From positions 1,309,722 to 1,373,721 of the forward strand of contig JBHYGA010000001.1 in NCBI GenBank assembly GCA_051859245.1: DNA of 64,000 nucleotides. Direction: 5' to 3'. This stretch comes from Gemmatimonadaceae bacterium (GTDB lineage: Bacteria > Gemmatimonadota > Gemmatimonadetes > Gemmatimonadales > Gemmatimonadaceae). The position numbers were made by a program, and so were the translations under genes. Numbering within the stretch: position 1 is the stretch's first letter; each line of letters starts with the position of its first letter. The notes under the pieces are model-generated. The model searched no databases, had not been told where the DNA came from, and saw nothing but the letters and a program-made list of their open reading frames with translations. Shown piece by piece: positions 30,341-40,040 of the stretch.

Positions 30341-31573
30341 GTGGGCCGCACGGTGACTGAACGTGTCGAGTCGTCGCTCAACCCGTGGGCGATGCGCGCG
30401 GCGCGTGTCGTACCGGGCGGTGCGTCAACCGGGAGCAAGCGCCCGGATGCGCTCTTCGGCGACGCCGTCACGGCGAGCACACCAACGCACATGCGCCGCG
30501 CGTACGGCTGTCGGTTGGAAACCGCGGACGGTCGTGAGCTGATCGACCTGACCATGGCCCTCGGTGCAGTCGCGCTTGGCTATGCGGATCCTGAGGTCAC
30601 CGCAGCGGTGCAGGAGGCGGCCGCCGCGGGGCCGGTTGGCGGACTGAGTCCACTGCTTGAAATCGAAGTGGCCGAGCGTTTGACGGAAGTCGTGCCGTGC
30701 GCCGAACAGGTGCGGTTTCTGAAAACGGGCGCTGAAGCCACGGCGGCGGCAGTTCGACTCGCGCGCGCACACACCGGTCGAGACGTGATCATCGCCAGCG
30801 GCTATTTCGGTTGGCACGACTGGAGCAATCCCGGACCAGGCGTACCAGCCAGCGCGTCTGTGAACGTGCACACGGTGCCTTTCAACGACATGCAGGCACT
30901 GCACGACGCCGTGCACGCTGCGGGCGATTCGCTCGCGGGCATCATCCTTGAGCCGCTGGTGCATGACGTGGCCTCGACGGAATGGCTGCGCGCTGCACGA
31001 ACACACTGCGATCAACGGGGGGCCGTGTTGATCTTTGACGAGATCAAGACCGCGTTTCGCATGCATCAGGGCGGAGTGCAGGCGATCTGTGGCGTGACCC
31101 CCGATCTGACAACGCTTGGGAAAGCACTGGCGAACGGCTACGCACTCTCGGCCGTCGTTGGAAGGTCCTCGGTGATGTCATCGGCCAGACGCGCCTGGAT
31201 TTCTTCCACCCTCGCTTCAGAGATGACCGCGCTTGCAGCAGCACGTGTTGTGCTGGACCGGCACGCGCGGGCCGACGTGTGTGGCGCGTTGGCTAAAGTG
31301 GGGAGCAGGGTGCAGCATGCGCTCACACGCGCGCTGGCTCCGCACGCACTCAACATTCGTGTGGAAGGCCCGGCGCAGATGTTGCGATTCGTGGCCGATG
31401 ACCAGGCAATGATTGACGCACTCGTCGTGGCCGCCGCCGGCGAAGGTGTGCTTCTCAAACGCGGCGCGTACCAATTTGCAGCGCTGGCGCACGATGACTC
31501 GGCACTCGCCAGTGTCGAGTCAGCGGTACACGCCGCGGCGTTGCGTGTGCGTGAGTTACACAGAACCGCATAA
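30341..31573 (+). CDS. Class III PLP aminotransferase (glutamate-semialdehyde aminomutase-like)
   Basis: LGYADP, KTGAEA, GYFGWHD, IILEP, LIFDEIKTAFR, PDLTTLGKALANG. Confidence 0.88.
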   Translation: MGRTVTERVESSLNPWAMRAARVVPGGASTGSKRPDALFGDAVTASTPTHMRRAYGCRLETADGRELIDLTMALGAVALGYADPEVTAAVQEAAAAGPVGGLSPLLEIEVAERLTEVVPCAEQVRFLKTGAEATAAAVRLARAHTGRDVIIASGYFGWHDWSNPGPGVPASASVNVHTVPFNDMQALHDAVHAAGDSLAGIILEPLVHDVASTEWLRAARTHCDQRGAVLIFDEIKTAFRMHQGGVQAICGVTPDLTTLGKALANGYALSAVVGRSSVMSSARRAWISSTLASEMTALAAARVVLDRHARADVCGALAKVGSRVQHALTRALAPHALNIRVEGPAQMLRFVADDQAMIDALVVAAAGEGVLLKRGAYQFAALAHDDSALASVESAVHAAALRVRELHRTA

Positions 31574-31584
31574 AGGATTTTCGC

Positions 31585-32484
31585 ATGGTCAACCCGAGCT
31601 CGTCACAGATTGCCGCGGGCGAACAGGAACGCCTGGCCGGCGACGCCCCGCTGATAGATGTGCACGCGCACTTCCACACGCCGCACACCGGACGCAGCGA
31701 ATGGTCGGCGTACAATCACTCGCGATTGCAGGCCGGTGAGCGCATGGGCGTCAACGCACACATCGCGTCCGTGCTTGGTTCGTGGGGGCATACGTCACCC
31801 ACGTATTTCCCGTCGCCGGATGATCTCACGATCGCGAACCGCTGGATGCGTGAGTTCGCTCGCGCAGACGCGCACGCGCACGGGTACACGCGGGTCTTTT
31901 CATACGTCGCGGTCAACCCGAATTTCGCACCGCACGCGTTGCGCGAGATCAGCGTCGGCCTGGACGATGGCGCCGTCGGCATCAAGCTCGCCGCCAGTCG
32001 CAAGGCGGATGATGCGTTGCTCGACGACATTGCCAGCGCGGCGGCGCAAGCGGACGTTCCGATTCTGCATCATGTCTGGCAGGATCGGCGGCGCGAATGG
32101 CCCAATCAGGACGCCAGCGACGGTGTGGAGCTTGGTCGACTGGCGGCGCGCCATCCGAGAACGCGCATACTGCTCGCGCATGTTGGTGGCGGCGGCGACT
32201 ACGCGCATACGCTGCACGCCGTGCGCGATCTGCCCAATGTGAGCGTGGACTTGTCGGGCAGCGGCATTGATCGCGGGATGATGGATCTCACCATTGACGC
32301 GTTGGGCGATCAGCGTGTGCAGTGGGCGGCCGATCTTACGCTGTGTACGGGGCTCACGAAAGCATGGGCACTCGAAGCCATCGGGCTGAGCAGCGACGCG
32401 CTGACAAACATTCGCTGGCGCAATGCAGTGCGCTTCTTTTCACGCGCGCGCTTTACGCATCGCGGGGAGGCACTGGTTGCATGA
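31585..32484 (+). CDS. Amidohydrolase_2 family metal-dependent hydrolase
   Basis: DVHAH, GIKL, PILHH, LAHVGGG, DLSGS, WAAD. Confidence 0.85.
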   Translation: MVNPSSSQIAAGEQERLAGDAPLIDVHAHFHTPHTGRSEWSAYNHSRLQAGERMGVNAHIASVLGSWGHTSPTYFPSPDDLTIANRWMREFARADAHAHGYTRVFSYVAVNPNFAPHALREISVGLDDGAVGIKLAASRKADDALLDDIASAAAQADVPILHHVWQDRRREWPNQDASDGVELGRLAARHPRTRILLAHVGGGGDYAHTLHAVRDLPNVSVDLSGSGIDRGMMDLTIDALGDQRVQWAADLTLCTGLTKAWALEAIGLSSDALTNIRWRNAVRFFSRARFTHRGEALVA

Positions 32485-33272
32485 CGGCTGAACACACACT
32501 GTTCGCACACGTTGACGTGAGCGCGTGGATCGGACCGTATCCGTTTCGTGAGGTGCCGCATCCGGATGCCGAGGTGTTGACGCGCGTGTTGGTGCGAGAA
32601 CGCGTCGGGCGAGCGTGGGTTGGCTGGTTGCCGAGCGCGTGGCAGCGTGACCCTTCATCGGGCAACGCTCGACTCATCGAGGCACTGGCGCCGTACCGCG
32701 ACGTGCTCGACCCGGCGCCCGCCGTTCGGCCGGACTGGCCGCGATGGGAGCGAGAGCTCGATCGAATGGTCGCCGCCGGTGCGACGTCGATTCGCGCCTA
32801 TCCGGCGCAGTGGGGGCTCGGCCCGGGTCATGCTGCACTTTCTGCACTTGCCGCCGCGTGTGCAGAGCGCGCGGTCCCGCTGCACCTCACGGTGCGATTT
32901 GAAGACCTGCGGCAGCGACACATGCACGACGTGGCTGGCGACGTGGCGGCCGCAACCGTCCGTACGCTCGCGCGCGCGGCGACCGGGTGCACCCTTGTGG
33001 TGAGCGGCGCTGGCCGGGAGTTCATTGAAGAGGTGAGCTGGGGCCTGACGCCAGACGAGCGTTCACGCCTCTGGTTCGATTTTGGCTGGGTGTGGGGGCC
33101 GCCTGACGATCAGTTCGCGCAGCTGGTGCGTACACTGGGTGCGTCCCGATTCGTGCTTGGCACGCAGTGGCCGCTGCGTCTGGTGCAGCAATCGCGAGCC
33201 CTGATCGCACTCTTGCCGGAGCACAGCACGGTTCCGCTTCCGTTGCCCGTGCCACGCTTGGAAACCGAATGA
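32481..33272 (+). CDS. Degenerate amidohydrolase-fold protein
   Basis: DVSAWIGPYPFR N-terminus lacks HxH; IRAYP, RFEDLRQRH, FVLGTQWP; ATGA coupling. Confidence 0.65.
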   Translation: MTAEHTLFAHVDVSAWIGPYPFREVPHPDAEVLTRVLVRERVGRAWVGWLPSAWQRDPSSGNARLIEALAPYRDVLDPAPAVRPDWPRWERELDRMVAAGATSIRAYPAQWGLGPGHAALSALAAACAERAVPLHLTVRFEDLRQRHMHDVAGDVAAATVRTLARAATGCTLVVSGAGREFIEEVSWGLTPDERSRLWFDFGWVWGPPDDQFAQLVRTLGASRFVLGTQWPLRLVQQSRALIALLPEHSTVPLPLPVPRLETE

Positions 33273-33356
33273 CCGGGCAATCTGTTGTGGCGGTGACGAG
33301 AGATCCGCTCGCGGACCGCTTGTTCGTGTGACTGTCGGAGTACGGTGTCGCGCCAG

Positions 33357-33393
33357 TGCAAAAAAGGAGTAGGAAATACGCCTACTCTTTGCA
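33357..33393. terminator. Inverted repeat upstream of the act operon (terminator or operator)
   Basis: TGCAAAAAAG-GAGTAGG-AAATACG-CCTACTC-TTTGCA; a T-tract follows the stem on both strands. Confidence 0.5.
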
Positions 33394-33559
33394 GTGTTTG
33401 CACTTGCGTACAAATACTACCACCGACATACTACGCGATTGTGCTTACCGACCTCGACCGAGGAAAGAAGGTGTGACGCTGTACGTGCACACGCGCGTTG
33501 CTTTCGCCGGTGGAAGTCTCTCCCGTACGCCTCACCACTCCACCATCACGGTCGAGTAG

Positions 33560-34183
33560 ATGACGACGAAAAAGAAGTGGACAGTCATTCCTGGTTTCCT
33601 TGCGCTTGCGGCAGCGGCTACGCTGTTGTCGGCGTACAGCGGCGCCTCCTCCTCGCAGGGCAAGCTCGTTGAGCAGCCGGTCAAGTTCATCCATGCGCCG
33701 CACGTTGCGAAGCTTGGCATGAACTGCCTGTACTGCCATTCCCAGGCCAATAAGGCCATGGATCCGGGCAATGCGTCTGTGGCCACGTGCATGGGTTGCC
33801 ATACGCTGGTCAAGACCGATAGCCCCGAGATCAAGAAGGTCGCGGAGTATTGGAACAAGAAAGAGCCGATCCCGTGGAATCGCGTGCACAAAGTTCCGGA
33901 CTACGTGCAGTTCCCGCACATGCGTCACGTCAACGCCGGTGTGACCTGCCAGTCTTGCCACGGCGAGATTCAGAAGCAGGGCGAAGCTGGCGTCGCAGAT
34001 GGGTACAAGCCCGTGGAACAGTATGCATCGCTCAACATGGGTTGGTGCATCAACTGTCACGTGCAGGGCTACAAGCCGTCTGAAGGCGCGCGCCTCGCTG
34101 GCATGCCCGACAGTGTTGTAAAAGCGCTCGAAAAAGAACCCGTGAAGAAGGCGCGTTACGATTGCGCCGTCTGCCACTACTGA
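33560..34183 (+). CDS. actA: Alternative complex III pentaheme cytochrome c
   Basis: N-terminal TM; EQPVKFIH; five CxxCH (CLYCH, CMGCH, CQSCH, CINCH, CAVCH); IPWNRVH...F.H..H; MGWC. Confidence 0.92.
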   Translation: MTTKKKWTVIPGFLALAAAATLLSAYSGASSSQGKLVEQPVKFIHAPHVAKLGMNCLYCHSQANKAMDPGNASVATCMGCHTLVKTDSPEIKKVAEYWNKKEPIPWNRVHKVPDYVQFPHMRHVNAGVTCQSCHGEIQKQGEAGVADGYKPVEQYASLNMGWCINCHVQGYKPSEGARLAGMPDSVVKALEKEPVKKARYDCAVCHY

Positions 34184-34269
34184 TCCTCGACTGACCACTT
34201 ACCTCGTGCGTCGGTCGGGGAGTCCCCCGAAGCCGACGTGCGAGCAGCCGCCAGGAGCGGAGTGACTGC

Positions 34270-37200
34270 ATGAGCACTGAAGCGGGAAGCGGCGTCAAGC
34301 GCCGAGACTTCCTCAAGATTCTCGGCGCGACGGGCGCCACCACTGCGGTGGTGGGTTGCTCGTCTGAAAAAGTCGGGAAATTGATCCCTTATGTCTCGTC
34401 ACCGGACAATACGGTGGCCGGTGTGTCGCAGTTCTATGCGACCACGTGCAAGGAATGCGCAACGGGTTGCGGTGTGCTCGCAGAAGTACGCGACGGACGC
34501 CCGATCAAGTTGGAAGGCAATCCTGAGCACCCGGTAAACCGTGGCGCGATTTGCGCGACCGGCATGTCGGCGATGCAGGGCCTCTATAATCCGGATCGCT
34601 ATCGCCAGCCGATGCTGCGCGAGGGCACCGCGCTGTCACCAGTTACCTGGGATCGTGCACTCGAAGTGCTCGGCCAGAAGCTTGGTGAAGTGAAGAGCCG
34701 TGGTGGCGCTGCCAACGCGGTGTTCCTCAACGCGCACGAGACGGGAAGCTTCCCCGGATTCCTCGACCAGTGGCTGAGTGCGCAGGGCATGCCCGCGCAT
34801 CTGTCGGTGGATACGATGGCTCCGGCGGCCACGATTTCGTCCAACCGCGCCGCGTACGGTGTGGCGTGGCCGTCTATCGACTTCAAGGCGTCGTCGCTGA
34901 TTCTGAGTTTCTCGGCGGACTTCCTCGATACGTGGGGACATCGCGTCCCGCAGCAGCTCGATTGGGCCGATGCGCGTGCGCAGCTCGAAGGTGCGCCCAA
35001 GCTGGTCTACATCGGCGCACGTCGTTCGCTTACGGGGCTTAATGCAGATCAGTGGATTCCGGCCAAGCCCGGCAGCGAAATGGCGATCTGCGACGCAATC
35101 CTCGGTCGCGGCACCGCCGCCGCTGCGGCCACGGCGGCTGACGTCAGTGAAGCCACTATCACGGCGCTGATCGCCGCGGTCAAAGCCGCGGGATCCAAAG
35201 TGCTCGCGCTGTGCGGCATGAATACGCCTGATGCCGTTGAGTGCGGCACGATGGTCGCCGACATCAACAAGACCAACGGTAGCGTCGGCACCACGATCAA
35301 GCCTGCGATGGCGCACGCTGGTTATGAAGGTGTTGCCAGCTATCTCGATCTCGTCGACGCCACCGAGCGCATGGCCGCGGGCAGTGTCCCGGTCGCGTTC
35401 GTGCGCAATGTGAATCCTGCGCACAGCATGCCAAAGGCTGCGGGTTTCGGCGAGGCATTCGCCAAGGTTGGCTTCAAGGTTTCGTTCTCGAGCATGCCAG
35501 ACGAAACGAGCGAACTGTGCGATCTCATTTTGCCAGACAATCACTGGTTGGAGAGCTGGGGCGACGCCGTAGCCATGGCGGGCGAGCGTTCGTTCGTGCA
35601 GCCGGCGCTGGAGCCGGTGTTTGACACGCGCAGTGTTGGTGATGTGCTCATCACCGCCGCCCGCGCTGACGGCACGATCGCCTCGCGTTTCTCGCAGCCT
35701 GATTATCGCAGCTGGATGATCGCCAACTTTGCCGGTGGTGCATCCGCGTTCGCAACGGCACTCACCAAGGCCACCGTCAGCGGTTCGCCGGTTGCAGCGC
35801 GCGGAACGCGTACCGCCGTCGCTTCGCGCGGCGCAACGGCAGCGGCCGGCGACGGCGACATGTTTGTGGTGGTGTATCCATCGGCCACGCTCGGCGATGG
35901 CGCCGGCGCCAACAAGCCGTGGTTGCAGGAGCTTCCGGATCCCGTCACCAAGATTGCCTGGCAGTCGTGGGTAGAGATCCATCCGAAAACCGCCAAGGAA
36001 ATGGGCGTTCGCGAAGGCGAGCACCTCACGATCAAAACGGCTGCCGGTGAAGTCACCGCGCCGGCCTATCCGTATATGGGTGTGCGTCCGGATACGGTGG
36101 CCATCGCGCTTGGTCAGGGTCACACGGCGTACGGTCGCTTCGCGATGAACGTCGGCGTGAACGCCTACGCGCTCGCCACCAGCAGTTTCGACTCGGCGGG
36201 CAACCTTGCGCTCGGTGCCCTTAAGGCCACCGTCACGCGTGGTGAAGAGCATAGCCCGCTGGTCACCACCGAAGGTTCAGCGCGTCAGCACGGACGTGGA
36301 ATCGCGCAGGCCATGATGGCCGCGGCGATTTCGGCGCCCGAAGTTGAAGAAGAGCATCACGAGATTGCCGGACACGTGTCGCAGGAGTTCTTGCCGGGCC
36401 TCAAGTCGCCAGTGGCGGCCGATGCGCAGGGCGAGTACGCGAACCCCAAGGCGAAAGACAAGGGGATGTACAACCCCGAGCATCCGACCAAAGCCGAGGC
36501 GCGTCGTTGGGCCATGACGATCGATCTCGCGCGTTGCACCGGTTGTTCGGCGTGCGTCACGGCGTGTTACAGCGAGAACAACATTCCCACGGTCGGCGCC
36601 ACGTATCAGGGTCGTGCGCTGAGCCCGGCCACGTGGGACGAGCGTCCGGGCGCGAATATCATCAAGGGCCGAGAAATGGCCTGGATTCGTCTCGAGCGCT
36701 ACTACGAAGGCAACACGAACACGGAGAACGAGTTCTCGCCGGATTTTGAGGCGCGTTTCGTTCCAATGATGTGTCAGCACTGCGGCAACGCGCCGTGCGA
36801 GCCGGTGTGCCCTGTGTACGCCACGTATCACTCGCCCGACGGTCTCAACGTGCAGGTCTACAACCGTTGCGTCGGCACGCGTTACTGCTCGAACAACTGC
36901 CCATATAAGGTTCGCTACTACAACTGGTTCGGCTACGGTGAGCCGGAGCGTCGTCAGTACGCGTGGCCCGAGCCGATGCATTGGATGCTCAATCCCGATG
37001 TCACGGTTCGTGGTAAGGGTGTCATGGAGAAGTGCACGTTCTGCGTGCAGCGCATCCGTGAAGGAGAAAATCGGGCGCGGTCCGAGGAGCGTGAGCTCAA
37101 TGCGGACGAGTTCACCACCGCGTGTGCGCAGGCCTGTCCGTCGCGTGCCATCGTGTTCGGTGATGCGGCCGATGAAAATTGGAGTGTGGCGAAGCTCGCA

Positions 37201-37308
37201 TATGACAGACGTGCCTACCACGTGTTCGAAGAGTTGAACACGTACACGGCCGTCGTCTATCTGAAGAAGGTCAACCACCCGGCGCCTGCGGCGTCGGCAA
37301 CGGCCTGA
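34270..37308 (+). CDS. actB: Alternative complex III ActB: molybdopterin-oxidoreductase-like domain fused to an Fe-S domain
   Basis: Tat motif RRDFLK plus VGC lipobox; [59 protein letters not shown]. Confidence 0.93.
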   Translation: MSTEAGSGVKRRDFLKILGATGATTAVVGCSSEKVGKLIPYVSSPDNTVAGVSQFYATTCKECATGCGVLAEVRDGRPIKLEGNPEHPVNRGAICATGMSAMQGLYNPDRYRQPMLREGTALSPVTWDRALEVLGQKLGEVKSRGGAANAVFLNAHETGSFPGFLDQWLSAQGMPAHLSVDTMAPAATISSNRAAYGVAWPSIDFKASSLILSFSADFLDTWGHRVPQQLDWADARAQLEGAPKLVYIGARRSLTGLNADQWIPAKPGSEMAICDAILGRGTAAAAATAADVSEATITALIAAVKAAGSKVLALCGMNTPDAVECGTMVADINKTNGSVGTTIKPAMAHAGYEGVASYLDLVDATERMAAGSVPVAFVRNVNPAHSMPKAAGFGEAFAKVGFKVSFSSMPDETSELCDLILPDNHWLESWGDAVAMAGERSFVQPALEPVFDTRSVGDVLITAARADGTIASRFSQPDYRSWMIANFAGGASAFATALTKATVSGSPVAARGTRTAVASRGATAAAGDGDMFVVVYPSATLGDGAGANKPWLQELPDPVTKIAWQSWVEIHPKTAKEMGVREGEHLTIKTAAGEVTAPAYPYMGVRPDTVAIALGQGHTAYGRFAMNVGVNAYALATSSFDSAGNLALGALKATVTRGEEHSPLVTTEGSARQHGRGIAQAMMAAAISAPEVEEEHHEIAGHVSQEFLPGLKSPVAADAQGEYANPKAKDKGMYNPEHPTKAEARRWAMTIDLARCTGCSACVTACYSENNIPTVGATYQGRALSPATWDERPGANIIKGREMAWIRLERYYEGNTNTENEFSPDFEARFVPMMCQHCGNAPCEPVCPVYATYHSPDGLNVQVYNRCVGTRYCSNNCPYKVRYYNWFGYGEPERRQYAWPEPMHWMLNPDVTVRGKGVMEKCTFCVQRIREGENRARSEERELNADEFTTACAQACPSRAIVFGDAADENWSVAKLAYDRRAYHVFEELNTYTAVVYLKKVNHPAPAASATA

Positions 37309-37322
37309 GGAGGCATCACCGG

Positions 37323-38723
37323 ATGGGCACCATCGCGCAACCGGTCGAGGGGCTTCGCCGGCCGAACATTGCATCGGCCGACGTACAGCTCCCTGCGGTC
37401 ACGGATTACGAGCAAGTCGATCGCGAGATTATCGCGACTCTCGGTTTCACCAAAAAATGGCTGTTGGGCCTGGGCATCGCGGTCTGCGCGATGCTGGTGG
37501 GCGCCTCAGCCTGGATTTATCAGATCTACTGGGGACTCGGACAGGCGGGCTATGAGCCGCCGGTGATGTGGGGTGTCTACATCATCACGTTCGTTTTCTG
37601 GGTTGGTATCGGTCACGCCGGTACACTGATTTCCGCCATTCTGTATCTCTTCCGCGCCGGCTTCCGAACCTCGATTTATCGAGCGGCAGAAGCGATGACC
37701 GTGTTCGCCGTTATGACGGCCGGTCTGTTTCCGATCATTCACATCGGACGCCCGTGGAAGTTCTTCTGGCTGATTCCGTATCCGAACTGGCGTTTGTTGT
37801 GGCCGAACTTCAAGTCGCCGCTCGTGTGGGACGTGTTCGCTATCTCCACGTATCTCACGATCTCGACCACGTTCCTCTACATCGGTCTCATTCCTGACTT
37901 CGCCGTGCTGCGCGATCGGGAAACCAACCCGATGCGCAAGCGGATCTACGGCATCCTCTCGCTCGGCTGGCGGAACAGCGATCGTGAGTGGCGTCATTTT
38001 GCGAAGGCCTATCTGTTCCTCGCGGCCTTCTCAACCCCGCTCGTACTGTCCGTGCACTCGGTCGTTTCCTTCGACTTCGCCATGTCGTTGGTGCCGGGTT
38101 GGCACGCCTCCATCTTCCCGCCGTACTTCGTCGCCGGTGCCATCTTCTCCGGCTTCGCGATGGTGTGGACGATCGCGATCCCGATGAGAAAGTGGTTCAA
38201 GCTCGAGCACTACATCACGCTCAATCATCTCGACGCAACGGCCAAGGTCGTGCTGTTCACGTCGCTCGTGGTTGGCTGCGCGTACCTGATCGAGTTCTTC
38301 ATTGCCTGGTACAGCGGCGTGCGTCCGGAACAGGAGTTCTTCTGGAATCGCGTGTTCGGTCAGTGGTGGTGGGCGGCCTGGATCATGTTGCTTTGCAACA
38401 TGGCGCTGCCAATGTCGCTCTGGTCGCAGAAGCTGCGTCGTAACCCCACGTGGCTCTGGTTCCTGTCGATCTTCATTAACATCGGCATGTGGTACGAGCG
38501 CTTCGTGATCGTGGTGCCGTCACTCAGTCACGAGTTCGAGCCGTGGCAGTGGGGCAGCTACACGCCGAGCTGGGTGGACATGAGCTTCCTCGTTGGTTCG
38601 TTCGGCTGGTTCTTCATGTGGTTCCTGTTGTTTGTGAAGCAGATGCCGGTCATGGCAATCATGGAACTCAAGGAAATCGTTGTTCCCAAGCGCAAGCATG
38701 CGCATGACGGAGGGCACCACTGA
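37323..38723 (+). CDS. actC: Alternative complex III quinol-oxidising NrfD/PsrC subunit
   Basis: FVFWVGIGHAGTLISAIL, RAAEAMT, HIGRPW, SPLVWD, SVHSVVSFDF, PPYFVAGAIFSG. Confidence 0.95.
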   Translation: MGTIAQPVEGLRRPNIASADVQLPAVTDYEQVDREIIATLGFTKKWLLGLGIAVCAMLVGASAWIYQIYWGLGQAGYEPPVMWGVYIITFVFWVGIGHAGTLISAILYLFRAGFRTSIYRAAEAMTVFAVMTAGLFPIIHIGRPWKFFWLIPYPNWRLLWPNFKSPLVWDVFAISTYLTISTTFLYIGLIPDFAVLRDRETNPMRKRIYGILSLGWRNSDREWRHFAKAYLFLAAFSTPLVLSVHSVVSFDFAMSLVPGWHASIFPPYFVAGAIFSGFAMVWTIAIPMRKWFKLEHYITLNHLDATAKVVLFTSLVVGCAYLIEFFIAWYSGVRPEQEFFWNRVFGQWWWAAWIMLLCNMALPMSLWSQKLRRNPTWLWFLSIFINIGMWYERFVIVVPSLSHEFEPWQWGSYTPSWVDMSFLVGSFGWFFMWFLLFVKQMPVMAIMELKEIVVPKRKHAHDGGHH

Positions 38724-39223
38724 TGCAGGGTGTGCTCGGCGCGTTTCATCATCTCGACACCACGGTGCACGCCATTGAGGAGCTGAAGAAAGCTCGTCTC
38801 GGTGACGTCACCGTGTACTCACCAACGATCCGTCACGAAATCGACGAAGCGATTGACGGACCAAACAGTGTGGTGCGTCGGTTCACGCTGGTTGGCGGTT
38901 TGCTGGGTGTGTCTTTCGGATACTGGATCTCGATCTGGACGGGCGATTACTGGCCGCTCGTAACAGGTGGCAAAGCGATTGCCTCGTGGATTCCGTACAC
39001 GATCATTGGATTCGAAGTCATGGTGCTTGTGGGCTGCCTTTCAACGGTCGCCGGCATGTTCATCAATGCACGCATTCCGCGTCTCACCACCACGGTGGGA
39101 TACGATCCGCGCTTCAGCGGTGGTCACTTCGGCATTTTTGTTTCCTGTGGTGCTGACAAAGCGCCGCAGGTCGAAGCGCTGCTGCAAAAGCACGGTGCCG
39201 ACGAGGTGCGTCGTGAAGCTTAA
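38723..39223 (+). CDS. actD: Alternative complex III ActD (DUF3341)
   Basis: VYSP, two TM helices, WPLVTGGK, FEVMVL, YDPRFS; position in the operon. Confidence 0.9.
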   Translation: MQGVLGAFHHLDTTVHAIEELKKARLGDVTVYSPTIRHEIDEAIDGPNSVVRRFTLVGGLLGVSFGYWISIWTGDYWPLVTGGKAIASWIPYTIIGFEVMVLVGCLSTVAGMFINARIPRLTTTVGYDPRFSGGHFGIFVSCGADKAPQVEALLQKHGADEVRREA

Positions 39224-40040
39224 GCCAACTGTTATGCCTGCCTTTTCGCGTGCGGCTCGCGCCGTACTCGCGGTGTCGCTTCCGTTTTCGTTCAGCGCGT
39301 GCGCCTGGTTCACCGATTTCAAGAATCAGCCGCGTCTTGAGCCGTGGGAGCCATTCAACGTATCGGCAACAGACACCACGGTGAGCGCACCGCGCTTCAA
39401 CCCGCAGATGTCGGTGCCGGTGCAGGGTACGCTCGTTGCTGGCGTTGCCGTTTCGTACACGCCACTCCCGCTCACGGTTGACTCGATGTCCGGTTTGGCC
39501 AATCCAACGGCCGCCGATGCGCGATCGCTGGACAACGGCCGCATGTACTACTCGATCAACTGCGCGATGTGTCACGGTGAACTCGGCGACGGCAAAGGCT
39601 CCATGGCCGCCGCGGGTTACCCGTACTATCCGAGCATCATCAACGAGTCCGGCAAGGGCCGTTCCGATGGGTACATCTGGGGCATCATTCGAAACGGGCG
39701 CGGCGGCATGCCGAACTACGCCCGCATCGAAGAAGCCGATCGCTGGGATGTCGTGAACTACGTACGTGCGTTGCAGGCTGGTACCGCCGTGATCGGTCCG
39801 CACGGCATGCCAGGGCAGAACGGTGCCACGGTGCCTCGTGCATCCGCTACGGCGCCGCAGAAGTCAGCACCGTTTGTGCCGGGCGCTGTGCAGCTCACGC
39901 CGGGAAGCTCGGGCAAGAACGCCGCGACTTCTGGCCGTGAAAAGATTTCGTTCCCCAATGGTGCCACAACGACCGGCGGCGGAACGGGACACGATGAAGA
40001 ATCAGACGCGGCCGACGCGGCCCAGGAGATGTTCGAGTGA
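39213..40040 (+). CDS. actE: Alternative complex III monoheme cytochrome c lipoprotein
   Basis: FSAC lipobox, CAMCH, GGMP axial Met, RWDVVNYVRALQ. Start is 39213 or 39234. Confidence 0.88.
   Translation: MKLKPTVMPAFSRAARAVLAVSLPFSFSACAWFTDFKNQPRLEPWEPFNVSATDTTVSAPRFNPQMSVPVQGTLVAGVAVSYTPLPLTVDSMSGLANPTAADARSLDNGRMYYSINCAMCHGELGDGKGSMAAAGYPYYPSIINESGKGRSDGYIWGIIRNGRGGMPNYARIEEADRWDVVNYVRALQAGTAVIGPHGMPGQNGATVPRASATAPQKSAPFVPGAVQLTPGSSGKNAATSGREKISFPNGATTTGGGTGHDEESDAADAAQEMFE

Noticed and set aside
30341..31573. Calling the aminotransferase hemL
   Set aside because: It lacks the typical HemL N-terminal GGVNSPVR motif and there is no heme-pathway context.
33557..33562. Pyrrolysine recoding of the TAG before actA
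   Set aside because: No pyl genes in the window, and ActA looks complete from its own ATG.
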